Notes under the pieces: generated by a model
Told to the model about the DNA's origin: nothing
Databases searched by the model: none
Seen by the model: the letters and a program-made list of their open reading frames with translations, nothing else
Position numbers and translations under genes: made by a program
DNA from: Malacoraja senta
Lineage: Eukaryota
Direction of reading: 5' to 3'
Length of the DNA stretch: 64,000 bases
Assembly: GCA_038087875.1 (NCBI GenBank)
Contig: CM075991.1
Span: forward strand, 8,620,001 to 8,684,000
Shown here: one piece after another, positions 1-11,158 of the stretch
How positions within the stretch are numbered: position 1 is the stretch's first letter
How the letters are laid out: each line of letters starts with the position of its first letter

Positions 1-259
1 AATACATTGTTTTAATCTATTTCATTATTGCGATTATGAAAAGATGAGAATTGATTATTGAATTGATTATGAAGTGATCATGAAGTGATCATTTAGATAC
101 TTTGATGAACACTTTGCCCTTCAAAGTGAGAGATGTCAATAGGTGTCAGAATCATGAATTTCCTCGAGGAAACAAGGAACTACCGCTGGCTTTCAACAGA
201 AGACACGGAGTGCTGGAGTAATTCTACGGGTCAGGCAGCATCTATCGAAAAACGTGGAT

Positions 260-608
260 TAAAAAATATATATATATTTTTATTTTATTAGAAGTAAGTA
301 AAATTGTATACAATCATATTTTCATAATACATTTTATGTACAGCTTCTTATTTTTCTTTTATAATAAAGAAGAAAAAGAAAAAGAAATTAGATAATGAAG
401 TATAGAAAAATGTGAGATATATAGTGTGTGGAAAAGAAAAATAGAAAGTGAAAGAAGAAAGTTAAAGAATAGAAAATAGGAAAAAGAGAATAAAAGAAGA
501 AAAGGGAAGAAAAAGAAAAAAGAAGTAAGGAGATCTTATTTACAATCTTGACCATCCCTCACCCAGTCACGAGTTAGCTTTGCACCATATGATTCCAAAA
601 AGACGAGC
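260..608 (-). mobile_element. L1-like LINE 3' UTR fragment
   Basis: Carries the TTTTATTAGAAG tail motif also seen at the 3' end of the L1 at 49601-50594 and at about 53430; A-rich body; flanked by a ~90-bp direct duplication (170-259 / 609-700). Confidence 0.5.
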
Positions 609-932
609 AAACAAGGAACTGGGGATGCTGGCTTTCGACAGAAGACACGGAGTGCTGGAGTAGCTCAACGGGTCAGGCAGCATCTCTGGAAAACGTGGAT
701 AGGCGAAGTTTCGGGTCGAGTCCCTTCTTCGGACTGGGAAGAGGACTTCTTCAAAGTAGGCATACTTTGAGGAGATTTTGCAGTGGAGCAGACTAGCAGT
801 TCGAAGAAGGGTCCCGACCCGGAACGTCACCTATCCTTTTTTCTCCTGAGATGCTGCCTGACCCGCTGAGATACTCCAGCACTTTGTGTCAATCTCTGGT
901 GTAAACCAGCATCTGCAGTTCTTTGCTTCGAC
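609..932. mobile_element. Penelope terminal-repeat (pLTR) fold-back fragment
   Basis: Minus copy (609-735) and plus copy (about 800-932) of GAAGAAGGGTCCCGACCC..GATGCTGCCTGACCCGCTGAG..CCAGCA, the sequence that ends the Penelope at 45573-46042. Confidence 0.7.
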
Positions 933-948
933 ATCATGCAGGTAACAT

Positions 949-1326
949 CAAAGATAGACCACTCCTTCTAAATGCAATGGGCTGACATGTATTAAGCAAC
1001 GGAGCGGAACGTGGGCCTTTTTTTCATCCATTTCCGTAACCCGAACCGACCCGACCCGCAGTGTGATCAACGTTGCGTGGGGAACAGTTTGTGTTAATAA
1101 ATTAAAATTCTGAAAATGAGGAGAAGATTTTTACAAATAACTTTTATTTTTACGAGGATGTTTCAGTAACCGGCTTCCATCTCCGCACTAGTATTCTATG
1201 GGGATCTTTGGTGCGGAGACGGAAGCCGGTTACGGAAATGGGGCCGAAAATGACCCATGAATCTGCCCATGACCGTACTACGTCTTTTTCGTCGAGTGGT
1301 CTATCTTGCTCGCTATCGGATCTTTG
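949..1326. mobile_element. Non-autonomous DNA transposon (P-like MITE), copy 1
   Basis: Ends CAAAGAT.../...GGATCTTTG; 8-bp TSD GGTAACAT (941-948) / GTTAACAT (1327-1334); left TIR internally deleted; near-identical to 6528-6935 and 36394-36788. Confidence 0.85.
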
Positions 1327-1429
1327 GTTAACATGGTCCTCTGTCTCAAAATGGCCCTGTTTGTAAAAGCCCAATGCTTTAAACTGACCTGTCAAACAGG
1401 CAGATCATCTTGGGCTAAATAACAGATTA

Positions 1430-1625
1430 AAAAGCTCCCTCTGAACGGTCCCTTCAATCATTCCCAAGGCAGGTGTGGTGTCAGTGAGATGCGGAGTAAA
1501 GCTCCCTCTGCACTGTTCCATCACACACTATGAGAGTAAATACAGCACAGGTTAAATACACAGTGAAGCTCTCTCCACACAATCCCACCAAGCACTCCCA
1601 GTGCACTACAGCTCAGGTTATATAC
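1430..1625 (+). repeat. Degenerate ~65-bp tandem repeat, about 3 units
   Basis: AAAGCTCCCTCTG..CATCA..CACTCCCA..TACAGCACAGGTTA recurs near 1430, 1497 and 1564. Confidence 0.55.
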
Positions 1626-1706
1626 ATGTACATTAACTATTATTTCAATTGATAAAATGTAGTGGGAAATGTAGTGGTGAAGAACATGAGACCCCAAGGT
1701 TGGAGG

Positions 1707-2065
1707 TTTAGTTTATTAGTTTAGAGATACAGCGCGGAAAAAGGCTCTTCGGCCCACCGAGTCCACACCGACCAGTGATCCCCACACGTTAACACTATCC
1801 TACACAGACTAGGGACAATTGTACATTTACACCAAGCCAATTAACCTACAAACCTGTACGTCTTTGGAGTGTGGGATGAAACTGGAGCGGTAGAATTGCA
1901 GCCTTGCAGCGCCAGAGGCCCAGGTTCGATCCTGGCTACGGGTGCTGCCTGAATGGAGTTTGCAAGTTCTCCCTGTGACCGCGTGGGTTTCCTTCGGGTG
2001 CTCCGGTTTCCTCCCACACTCCAAAGACGTACAGGTTTTAGGTTAATTAGCTTGGTAAAATTGTA
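1707..2065. mobile_element. HE1-type V-SINE fragments in opposite orientations
   Basis: Minus 3' half with (TTTAG)n tail at 1707-1880; plus tRNA-like head GCGGTAGA..GGTTCGATCC and V-domain CTCCGGTTTCCTCCCACACTCCAAAGAC at 1885-2065. Confidence 0.8.
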
Positions 2066-2069
2066 GGGA

Positions 2070-3271
2070 AGGGTACAAAGAGAATGTAAGGAGTGAAAAG
2101 GACTAGGTCAAAGCAGACGGTGATCAAGGACATGTACAATGGTTCATTAATGGCTATGGAGAAGGTGACAATGAGGCATACAAACTATACAATTAATCAA
2201 GAGGTCAGTGAAACTAATTGGAAAACTAGGGTGGGGGAACTAGAGAGGGGAAAAGCAAGGATTACTTGAAGTTAGAGGTCAATATTCATGCCTGTGTAGG
2301 AAGGAACTACAGATAATGGTTTAAACCGAAGATAGACGCAAACAACTGGAGAGACTCAGCGGGACAGGCAGCATCTCTGGCGAGAAGGACTGGGTGGTAG
2401 CCCAGTGGTATGAATATTGATTTCTCTAGAAACATAGAAACATAGAAACTAGGTGCAGGAGGAGGCCATTCGGCCCTTCGAGCCGGCACTGCCATTCATT
2501 GTGAGCATGGCTGATCGTCCCCTATCAATAACCCGTGCCTGCCTTCTCCCCATATCCCTTGACTCCACTAGCCCCTAGAGCTCTATCTAACTCTCTCTTA
2601 AATCCATCCAGTGACTTGGCCTCCACTGCCCTCTGTGGCAGGGAATTCCATAAATTCACAACTCTCTGGGTGAAAAAGTTTTTTCTCACCTCAGTCTTAA
2701 ATGACCTCCCCTTTAATCTAAGACTGTGGCCCCTGGTTCTGGACTCGCCCAACATTGGGAACATTTTTCCTGCATCTAGCTTGTCCAGTCCTTTTATAAT
2801 TTTATATGTTTCTATAAGATTCCCCCTCATCCTTCTAAACTCCTGTGAATACAAGCCTAGTCTTTTCAATATTTCCTCATATGACAGTCCAGGGATCAAT
2901 CTTGTGAACCTACGCTGCACTGCTTCAATCACAAGGATGTCCTTCCTCAAATCAGGAGACCAATACTGTACACAATACTCCCGATAGTCTTGGCATTCCC
3001 TCTCTCTCTATCTCTCCCCCACCCAAGTCGCACCAGCTTCTCGTTCTCACCCAACAAACAGCTAACAATGGCCTGTTTCCTTTATCATCGTTGCTTTTTT
3101 CCATATTTTTTATTCGTTGTTCTTTATCTCTCAACATCATCATCTATATCTCTTGTTTCCCTTATCCCTAACCCATCTGAAGAAGGGTCTCGACCTGAAC
3201 CGTCACCCATTCCTTCTCTCCGGAGGTGCCACCTGGCCCGCTGAGTTACTCCAGCTTTTTGTGTCTATCTT
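2070..3271. mobile_element. Penelope-like 3' fragments (inverted arms), interrupted by CR1
   Basis: GGTATGAATATTGATTTCTCT (end of the GIY-YIG ORF), pyrimidine-rich UTR and pLTR on + (2400-3271); inverted related UTR on - (2070-2292). Confidence 0.65.
2428..2985 (-). mobile_element. CR1 LINE, 5'-truncated
   Basis: ORF 2525-2950 has CR1 ORF2 C-terminal motifs (VQRRFTRLIPG, TRGHSL, FFTQRVVNLWNSLP); (CTATGTTT)n tail. Confidence 0.92.
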
Positions 3272-4130
3272 CAATTCAATTTATTTGTCTTTTGGACAAA
3301 TTTGTCATTTGGACCCCGTTGAGGTCCAAACGAAATGTTGTTTCTGCAGCCATACATTACAAAACGAAGAAGACCCGAGACACAACACAATTGACACATA
3401 CATCCATCACAACGCTGTGATGGAAGGCAAAAAAAACGTATCTCTCCACTGCACTCCCCCCCCCCGATGTCAGAGTCAAAGTCAAAGCCCACGGCGGGCG
3501 ATGGTGATTATCCCGCGGCCATTAAAGCCACGCCGGGTGATGCAAGGTCGCGCACCGGGTCTTGGTGTTAGAGCCCCGGCGCGCGCCCGCAAAGTTCAGC
3601 GGCCATTCCAAGCCGCGCGGAGGGATAAAGCCCCGCTCCAGGTGCTCTTCAACCCCGCAACTCGGGCGGGAGAAGTCGCCGCTGTGGAAGCCCCGAAAAG
3701 CGGTCTCCCACCAGGGGACCCGCGGGCTTCCAGTGTTGCCGTCCGCCAGACCCGCGGTTGTAGCCTCCGAATCTCCGGCGGTCGGGTCGCAGCAGCGATT
3801 GTCTCCACCACAGCTCCACCCGCTCCGGACTCGGCCAGCCCCGTGACGGTGAGAAGTCCGCAGCTCCACAACTGGAGCCCCAGGTCGTTCCTGCTGGAGG
3901 CCGCTCCACGTTGCCCAGCCCCAACGACAACGGAGACCCGACAAAGAAAAGGTCGGGGTCTCCCGTGCAGGGGAAAGATTTCAAAGTTTCCCCCCCCACC
4001 CCCACCCCCACCCCCCCACACACATACCCCGACAAAAAAAATAATAAAAAACTACATAAAAACGAGACAAAAATAATAAAAAGACAGACGGACTGCAGAG
4101 GCCGCTGAAGACGAAAGTCGCGCCGCCCAC
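3272..4130 (-). mobile_element. Non-coding GC-rich non-autonomous retroelement with Rex-type tail
   Basis: 5' end GCGGCCTCTGCAGTCCGTCTGT shared with 33309-34110; 3' hairpin plus AATGACAAAT..AAATAAATTGAATT tail; CpG-rich core with no RT motifs. Confidence 0.6.
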
Positions 4131-4170
4131 CGATATTCATACTGCTGCAGTGTAAGCTGCCCAAAGCGAA

Positions 4171-4752
4171 ATAGATAGATAGATAGATAGAATCTTTATT
4201 CGCCACACGACCAGGGTTGGTGGTATTTGAGTTCGGTACATGATGGTACACGGCTTTAGTCACATTAACACTAATAACAACACAGATCATAATAATAAAG
4301 TGCATCCATACCACATCACAAATCACAAATCTCACCAACAATACATAGTGCAAAAGAACAGACAAAGACCATAGACAAGTCACTGTATACATCAAAAGAC
4401 CTTAGTATTGTCTGTTATTGGAGGGAATTAAGTGTTCTTATTGCTGAGGGGAAGAAACTGTTTTTAAAACGGGTGGATTTTGTAGCAAGTGACCTAAGGC
4501 GCCTCCCTGAAGGGAGAGACTGGAAAAGGTGGTTTGCTGGATGGGAGGGGTCCGAGATGATCTTTGTTGCCCGTTTTGAGGTACGTTGGAGGTAAATGGA
4601 ATGGATTGAGGGGAGGGGAGAGTTGATGATCCTAGAGGCCATGGAGACAATGCGCTGTATTCTGTGTAGTGAGTGACTGTCAGTGTTTCCGTACCAGACT
4701 GTGATTGAGGAGGTGATGATGCTTTCAATGATGGATTGATAGAAGCGGACCA
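4171..4752 (-). mobile_element. Rex1/Babar LINE 3' fragment inserted in a Penelope fragment
   Basis: FYQSIIES..ITVWYG..DPSHP..LPSGRR..FKNSFFPSAIR; (CTAT)n tail; Penelope sequence GCGAAAT|GAGGTGTTGTTCCTCCAATTTGC resumes on both sides. Confidence 0.85.
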
Positions 4753-5418
4753 GGAGGTGTTGTTCCTCCAATTTGCATGTGGCCTCACTCTGTTAACGGA
4801 GCAGGCCCAGGACAGAAAGGTCAGACGGTGTGGGAATGGGAAGGGGGGAGTTAAAGTGAGTTTGTTGTCCACAACTTTCTGGGCACGCACTTTATGTTCA
4901 AACAGTGGCAATGCTGCTAACATACTTCACTAGTTCCGAAGACCTTTGGGATATCGTGGGGTCGGGAAAGGTACTGTAGAAATGGAGATTGTTCTTTTTT
5001 CCCACACAGTGAGTGAAAGAGAGTTACATAATAAAAATTGATTATTCCTCTAGTAAACTGTACTGGCCAGAGCGAAGTTACATACAAATGATGTGTGTGG
5101 AATCAATTGCAATCACTCACAGCATTAGAAGTGACCATGTGTGACTGATAGGAAAAATGTCCAAATATCTCTATTCTGCTCAGGGATCACGGTGTCACTT
5201 TCAGCAGCCAAAATATTTACACGACACGATGACCTGTTGGGAAGAAAAGATCCTGTCTGATAAAAGGTTTGAGGAAGGGTCTCCACCCGAAACGCCACCC
5301 ATTCCTTCTATCCAGAGATTCTGCCTGTCCCGCTGAGTTACTCCAGCATTTTGGGTCTACCTTCGATTTAAACCAGCACCTGCAGTTCTTTCCTACACAC
5401 ATTGAGAAGGGGTGCAGA

Positions 5419-6197
5419 TGTATTGTATTGTATTGTATTGTATATCTTTATTGTCATTTCCTGAGTATTCGCATACCCAGAGGAAACAAAAAAACGTTCC
5501 TCAACCAGTGTCCATTTCAATGTGCAGTAAAAAATAAATAGAAGTAAAATTACATATATCATGAACAAATGAACACTCTACTCTCTACTAAACATCAACA
5601 GGCGTTCCGATCGGCAGCGGCACGACAGTGGCTCTGCTGCAGTGTGTCCAGGTTGGTGGTTGGTGCACGATACTTTGGCAGGGGGCAAAGTCCGTTTATC
5701 AGTCTTATAACCTGCGGGAAGAAGCTGAGGAGCATCCTGCTGGTTTTGCACCTAATGCTCCGGTACCTCTTCCCAGATGGCAGGATGGAGAATATGTGGT
5801 GCCATGGGTGGTAGGGGTCTTTGATGATGGAGATGGCTCTGCTGATACATCTCTTCCTGTATATGTCCAGCAGGAAAGGGAGTGGAGCACCAATAATCCT
5901 GCTGGCAGTCTTCACAATCCTGTCTAGTTGGTGCCGTTCGTACGCCTTGCAGCTCCCGAACCAGGAAGTGATGCCGTAGGTTAATGTGCTCTCGATTGTC
6001 CCCCTATAAAAAGTTCGTAGGTGTGTAGTGGGGAGACCTGCTTTACATAGTCTTCGGAGAGGGTGTAGTCGCTGCTGGGCTCTCTTGACCAGTGCTGTGG
6101 TGTTGGTCGTGGACGTCAGGTCATCTGACGGGTGGAGTCCTAGGAACTTCACGCTGTTGACCCTTTCCACATCAGCTCCATCGATGTGCAGAGGTGT
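5419..6197 (-). mobile_element. Rex1/Babar LINE 3' fragment
   Basis: ORF 5595-6170 KFLGL..AQQRL..FYRGTIES..DPYHP..LPSGKRYRS; (CAATA)n tail. Confidence 0.88.
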
Positions 6198-6504
6198 ATT
6201 GGTGTATCTAGGTGGTATTGAGGAAAGGTTAGTATTGAGGAGTGGATTTTATGGTGAATGTGATAACTCTCTCAAGGTCAATGTTGGTAAAATGCTATAA
6301 TGTGGATAAGTGTAGAGAGTTTTTTTTCTTTCAATCCCTTACTGAGGTACAGTGTAATTTGCTTTAGTTTACTCAGGCAAAGGAGAAACTGTCTCAGGGA
6401 TATAAATACCCTCTAGTTGGTGTTGAGCTGCCTTCTTGAAACACTGCAGTGTCTGACATGAAAGAGCTCCCATGGTGTTGCTGTGGGAGGTGTTTGGGGG
6501 AGGC

Positions 6505-7265
6505 CTGGATAGAGTGGATGTGGAGAGCAAAGGTCCTATAGCAAGCAAGATAGACCACTCCTTCTAAATGCAATGGGCTGACGTGTAGTACGCAACGGAG
6601 CGGAACGTGGGCCTTTTTTTCATCCATTTCAGCAACCCGACCCGACCCGACCCGACTCGCAGTGTAATCAACGTTGCGGGGGAACAGTTTGTGTTAATAA
6701 ATTGTAATTCTGAAAATGAGGAGAAGATTTTTCCCAAATAACTTTTATTTTTACAAGGATGTTTCCGTAACCAGCTTCCGTCTCCGCACTAGTATCTTTG
6801 CTCCGCTATGGGATCTTTGGTGCGGAGACGGAAGCCAGTTACGGAAATGGGGCCTTAAATTCCCCATGAATCTGCCCATGACCGTACTACGTCTTTTTCG
6901 TCGAGTGGTCTATCTTGCTCGCTATAGGATCTTCGGTGGAGAGGATGTTTCCACTAGTGGGAGAATCTAGGGCCAGAGGTCATAGTCTCAGAATTAAAGG
7001 ACGTTCCTTTAGGAAGGAGAAGAGGAGGAATTTCTTTAGTCAGTGGGTGGTGAATCTGTGGAATTCATTACCACAGATGGCTGTGGAAGCCAAGTCAATG
7101 GATATTTTTATGGCAGGGATAGATAGATTCTTGCTTAGTACGGGTGTCAGGTGTTATGGGGAGAGGGCAGGAGAATGGGGTTAGGGGAGAGAGATAGATC
7201 AGCCATGACTTTATGGCGGAGGAGACCTGATGGGCCAAATGACATAATTCTGCTCTTATTACGTG
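6505..7265 (+). mobile_element. CR1 LINE 3' fragment split by a MITE
   Basis: GGATAGAGTGGATGTGGAGAG|MITE|GATGTTTCCACTAGTGGG; RGHSLRIKG and FFSQWVVNLWNSLP motifs. Confidence 0.85.
6528..6935. mobile_element. Non-autonomous DNA transposon (P-like MITE), copy 2
   Basis: Perfect 8-bp TSD GTGGAGAG (6520-6527 / 6936-6943); ~33-bp TIRs. Confidence 0.9.
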
Positions 7266-7967
7266 AGCTTCAGGCCTTTCAATGAATAACGACGAAAGAA
7301 TCACCATCTGCAGTTGCTTGAGTTTTCATGCTGAAAGAAGGGTGCACATCAAAAAATACTGCCGATACTGCAAATCCAAAAATAAACAGAAAATGCTGGA
7401 AAACAGAACACTAGGGCGGTGCAGCGGTAGAGTTGCTGCCTTACAATGCCTGAGATCCAGGTTCAATCCTGACTACGGGTGCTATCTATACAGAGTTTGT
7501 ATGTTCGATCAAAGATAGTCTGAGGGTCTCAAATGAGGTAGGTAATAGCTCAGGACTGCTCTCTAGTTGTGGTAGGATGGTTCAGTTGCCTGATTACAGC
7601 TGGGAAGAATCTGGAGGTGAGGGTTATGACACTTCTATCCCTCTTGCCTGATGGGAGAGGGGAGAAGAGAGAGTGACCGGGGTGGGACTCGTCCTTGATG
7701 ATGCTGGTAGCCTTTCTGAGGCATCGTGAGGTATAAATTGAGTCAATGGAAGGGAGATTAGTTTGGTCTGGGCTGCGTCCACAATTCTCTGCGATTTCTT
7801 GGATGTTATTGTTCCCGAACCATGCTGTGTTGGAGGGAACAAAAGCTTTTCACTGTACCTCTGTACACGTGACAATAAACCAAGCTAAAATCTCCATCCG
7901 GGCCGGCCACAGTATGCGAGCTTTCCCTTCGTTTCGGGTCGAGAACCTTCTTCAGACTGAGAGTCCG

Positions 7968-8141
7968 TCTAACCGACAAACATGCATGTCTTTGGAGTGT
8001 GGGAGGGAACCCGAGATCCTGGAGAAAACCCACGCAGGTCACGGGGAGAACGTGCGAACTCCGTACAGACAGCACCCGTAGTCAGGGTCGAACCCAGGCC
8101 TCTGGCGCTGTGAGGCAGCAACTCTACCACTGCACCGCCCA
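7968..8141 (-). mobile_element. HE1-type V-SINE, 5' half
   Basis: tRNA-like head and V-domain on the minus strand. Confidence 0.8.
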
Positions 8142-8782
8142 GTTGTGGAGATCTGAAGAAGGGTTTTCGGCCTGAAACGTTGCCTATTTCCTTCGCTCCA
8201 TAGATGCTGCCTCGCCCGCTGAGTTTCTCCAGCATTTTTGTCTACCTGTTGGATTGCTACTTGGATTGCAAGTGGCGTCACTGTATTCTGGTGGTGGAGG
8301 GAATGGACAAATGGTGCAACGGATGGAGTGTCAATTAAGCAGGCACGTTGTCTTGGACAATGTAGAGTCATTCAACAATAGGCAAAAAAAACAATTTGCT
8401 TTTGGAAGCATTTTCATGTTATTCAAAGGCTTATTATAATTTGGTTGTAACACTCTCTCGCCTCATGGCAACAGTCAGCTCCTGGATCAATATTTGATTC
8501 AATAAAACTCCCTCTGAAATGTCACTTCTCATTTTTAAGCCCTCGGCTACAATGATGCAAATTAGCTGACAGAATTTAATAGAACAAAATAAGCTTCGAA
8601 CCGCTTATCAACTGCTTGCAGACTACTATTAAAATAGAATCAAAAGTTAAACAGAGAGAAATGAATCAAGTTGCTTACTGCGTAAAGCATGCACTGTAAT
8701 CGACGGTACACGCCAATGATTAGCCCGAAACAGTGTGAGCTGTAAATGTAAATGGATGGCACAGTGGCGTAGCTGGTACCTA

Positions 8783-9090
8783 GTCCAGTCATGCCCAGTC
8801 CATCACGGGTACTGACCTCCCCACCATCGAAGGGATCTACAGGAGACGCTGCCTCAAAATGGCCGCCAGCATCATCAGAGACCCACACCACACTGGCCAC
8901 GCTCTCATTTCACTCCTGCCATCGGGAAGAAAGTACAGGAGCCTGAAAACTGTAACGTCCAGGTTCAGGAACAGCTTCTTCCCTGCAACCATCAGGCTAT
9001 TAAACACCACAACCTCCAAATAAGCTCTGAACTACATAGACTTGAGGTCATTGGTTTTGTCATTTTGCACTATTATTGTTTGCTTATTTT
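8783..9090 (+). mobile_element. Rex1/Babar LINE 3' fragment
   Basis: Translates DLPTIEGIYRRRCLKMAASIIRDPHH..LLPSGRKYRSLKT..RFRNSFFPATIRLLN. Confidence 0.82.
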
Positions 9091-9091
9091 T

Positions 9092-9093
<2 letters not shown>

Positions 9094-9188
<95 letters not shown>

Positions 9189-9250
9189 GTATATGTCTTT
9201 ATGTATGTATATGTATATACACACACCCACATACATGCACACTCACACAT
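9094..9250. repeat. (GT)n/(AT)n compound microsatellite
   Basis: Directly visible. Confidence 0.95.
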
Positions 9251-9374
9251 ATATTTTGTTTACCTCTGCTATGGGACAACCGTTACCTCTATCTAAAATG
9301 ATGACAGAGTGCTGGAGTAACTCAGCGGGCCAGGCACCATCTCCGGAGGGACCCTTCATCAGACTGAAAAGGTG

Positions 9375-9701
9375 GGAGGAGGGGGTGGTGGGGTGAGGGG
9401 GTGGTGGGGTGAGGGGGAGGAGGGGGTGGGGTGAGGGGGTGGTGGGGTGAGGGGGTGGTGGGGTGAGGGGGTGGTGGGGTGAGGGGGTGGTGGGGTGAGG
9501 GGGTGGTGGGGTGAGGGGGTGGTGGGGTGAGGGGGTGGTGGGGTGAGGGGGTGGTGGGGTGAGGGGGTGGTGGGGTGAGGGGGTGGTGGGGTGAGGGGGT
9601 GTTGGGGTGAGGGGGTGGTGGGGTGAGGGGGTGGTGGGGTGAGGGGGTGGTGGGGTGAGGGGGTGGTGGGGTGAGGGGGTGGTGGGGTGAGGGGGTGGTG
9701 G
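9375..9701 (+). repeat. 16-bp G-rich minisatellite (GAGGGGGTGGTGGGGT)n
   Basis: About 20 near-perfect units; explains the proline-rich minus-strand ORFs. Confidence 0.95.
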
Positions 9702-10305
9702 GAGAAGGTGTGGAGGCAAGAAAAGACCAGGACAAATCAGGGCAAGGAACAGGTCAGAATCAGATTTTATTCGCCAAGTATGTTTTACAACATACAAGTA
9801 ATTCCACTGGCCAGGATGACCTCAGGCTGGGTGGTGCCCTGCCTGGTAGGCCAATTGTTGGCTAGGGAAGGGGTGATTGTCTGAAGAAGGGTCCCGACCC
9901 AAAGCGTCACCCATCATTTTTCTCCAGAGATGCTGCCTGACCTGCTGAGTTACTCCAGCACTTTATAAGTTCATAAGTTCCAGGAGCCGAATAAGGCCAT
10001 TCGGCCCATCAAGTTCATTCATGGCTGATCGATCTTTCCCTCCCAACCCTACTCTCCTGCCTTCTTCCCATAACCCCTGACACCCTTACTAATCAATTTT
10101 GTGTCTGTTTTCAGTATAAACCAGCATCTGCAGTTCTATGTTTCTACTGTTAATTACCATGTTCACCAGTAGCATTGTTTCATTGTCCTGGTGCAAGCTG
10201 CCTAATTGAGATGAAGAAGGGTCTCGACTCGAAACATCACCCATTCCTTCCCCCAGAGATGCTGCCTGCCCCACTGAGTTACTCCAGCATTTTGTGTCAA
10301 TCTAA

Positions 10306-10535
10306 AGGGCCTGTCCCACTTTCACGACCTAATTCACGACCTTTTTTACTCGTGGACATTTTTCATCGTGCTGAAAAAACGCCCCGACCTACCTGATGCC
10401 ACGAGTACCTACGACTAGCATCACGACCGACCTACCTACAACCTCCTACGACCTCCTATGACCTCGTGACGAGTATGAGTCAAGGGCAAACTCGGCAGAG
10501 GTTGTGCATTAGGTCGTGAAAGTGGTCCAGGCCCT
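10306..10535. mobile_element. PIF/Harbinger-type MITE
   Basis: TIR AGGGCCTGTCCCACTT / AAGTGGTCCAGGCCCT; flanks TAA/TTA. Confidence 0.8.
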
Positions 10536-10818
10536 TTAGTTGAGATGATAGACACAAAACCCATTTTTGGCTGCTCAAGGGAGCAAGACGAACAACCCTG
10601 GAGATTAGAAGGTGTGGTTTGTGATTCCCAGCCAGCAGTGAGGCTGTGATTTTGGTTGAAAAGCTGTGCAATTAATCTCAATGTACCTGGGTGCAAAGGG
10701 AAGAAAAATTAGTCTTCCTGACGACCGTCTCGTAAACCCCGTTGAGAAGTTCAAATAGGTTTATGAATGATCATTGAACGGTTCCCACCCTGAAGGGTCT
10801 CGACCCGAAACGTTGCCG

Positions 10819-11158
10819 ACTGGACAAGCTAGATGCAGGAAAAATGTTCCCAATGTGGGGCGAGTCCAGAACCAGGGGGTCACAGTCTTAGAATAAAGGG
10901 GAGGCCATTTAAGACTGAAGTGAGAAAAAACGTTTTCACCCGGAGAGTTGTGAGTTTGTGGAATTCCCTGCCACAGAGGGCAGTGGAGGCCAAATCACTG
11001 GATGGATTTAAGAGAGAGTTAGATAGAGCTCTAGGGGCTAGTGGAATCAAGGGATATGGGGAGAAGGCAGGCACGGGTTATTGATTGGGGACGATCAGCT
11101 ATGATCACAAAGGGCTGAATGGCCTCCTCCTGCACCTATTTTCTATGTTTCTATGTTT
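10819..11158 (+). mobile_element. CR1 LINE 3' fragment inserted in a pLTR
   Basis: HSLRIKGRPFKTEVRKN..LWNSLP; (CTATGTTT)n tail; pLTR sequence continues on both sides. Confidence 0.88.

Noticed and set aside
3117..4395. 319-aa and 248-aa overlapping ORFs
   Set aside because: They cross several unrelated repeats, stay open because the core is GC-rich, and show no recognisable domain.
4415..4771. ORF starting MEEQHL as a single protein
   Set aside because: Chance in-frame junction of Penelope EEQHL with a Rex insertion.
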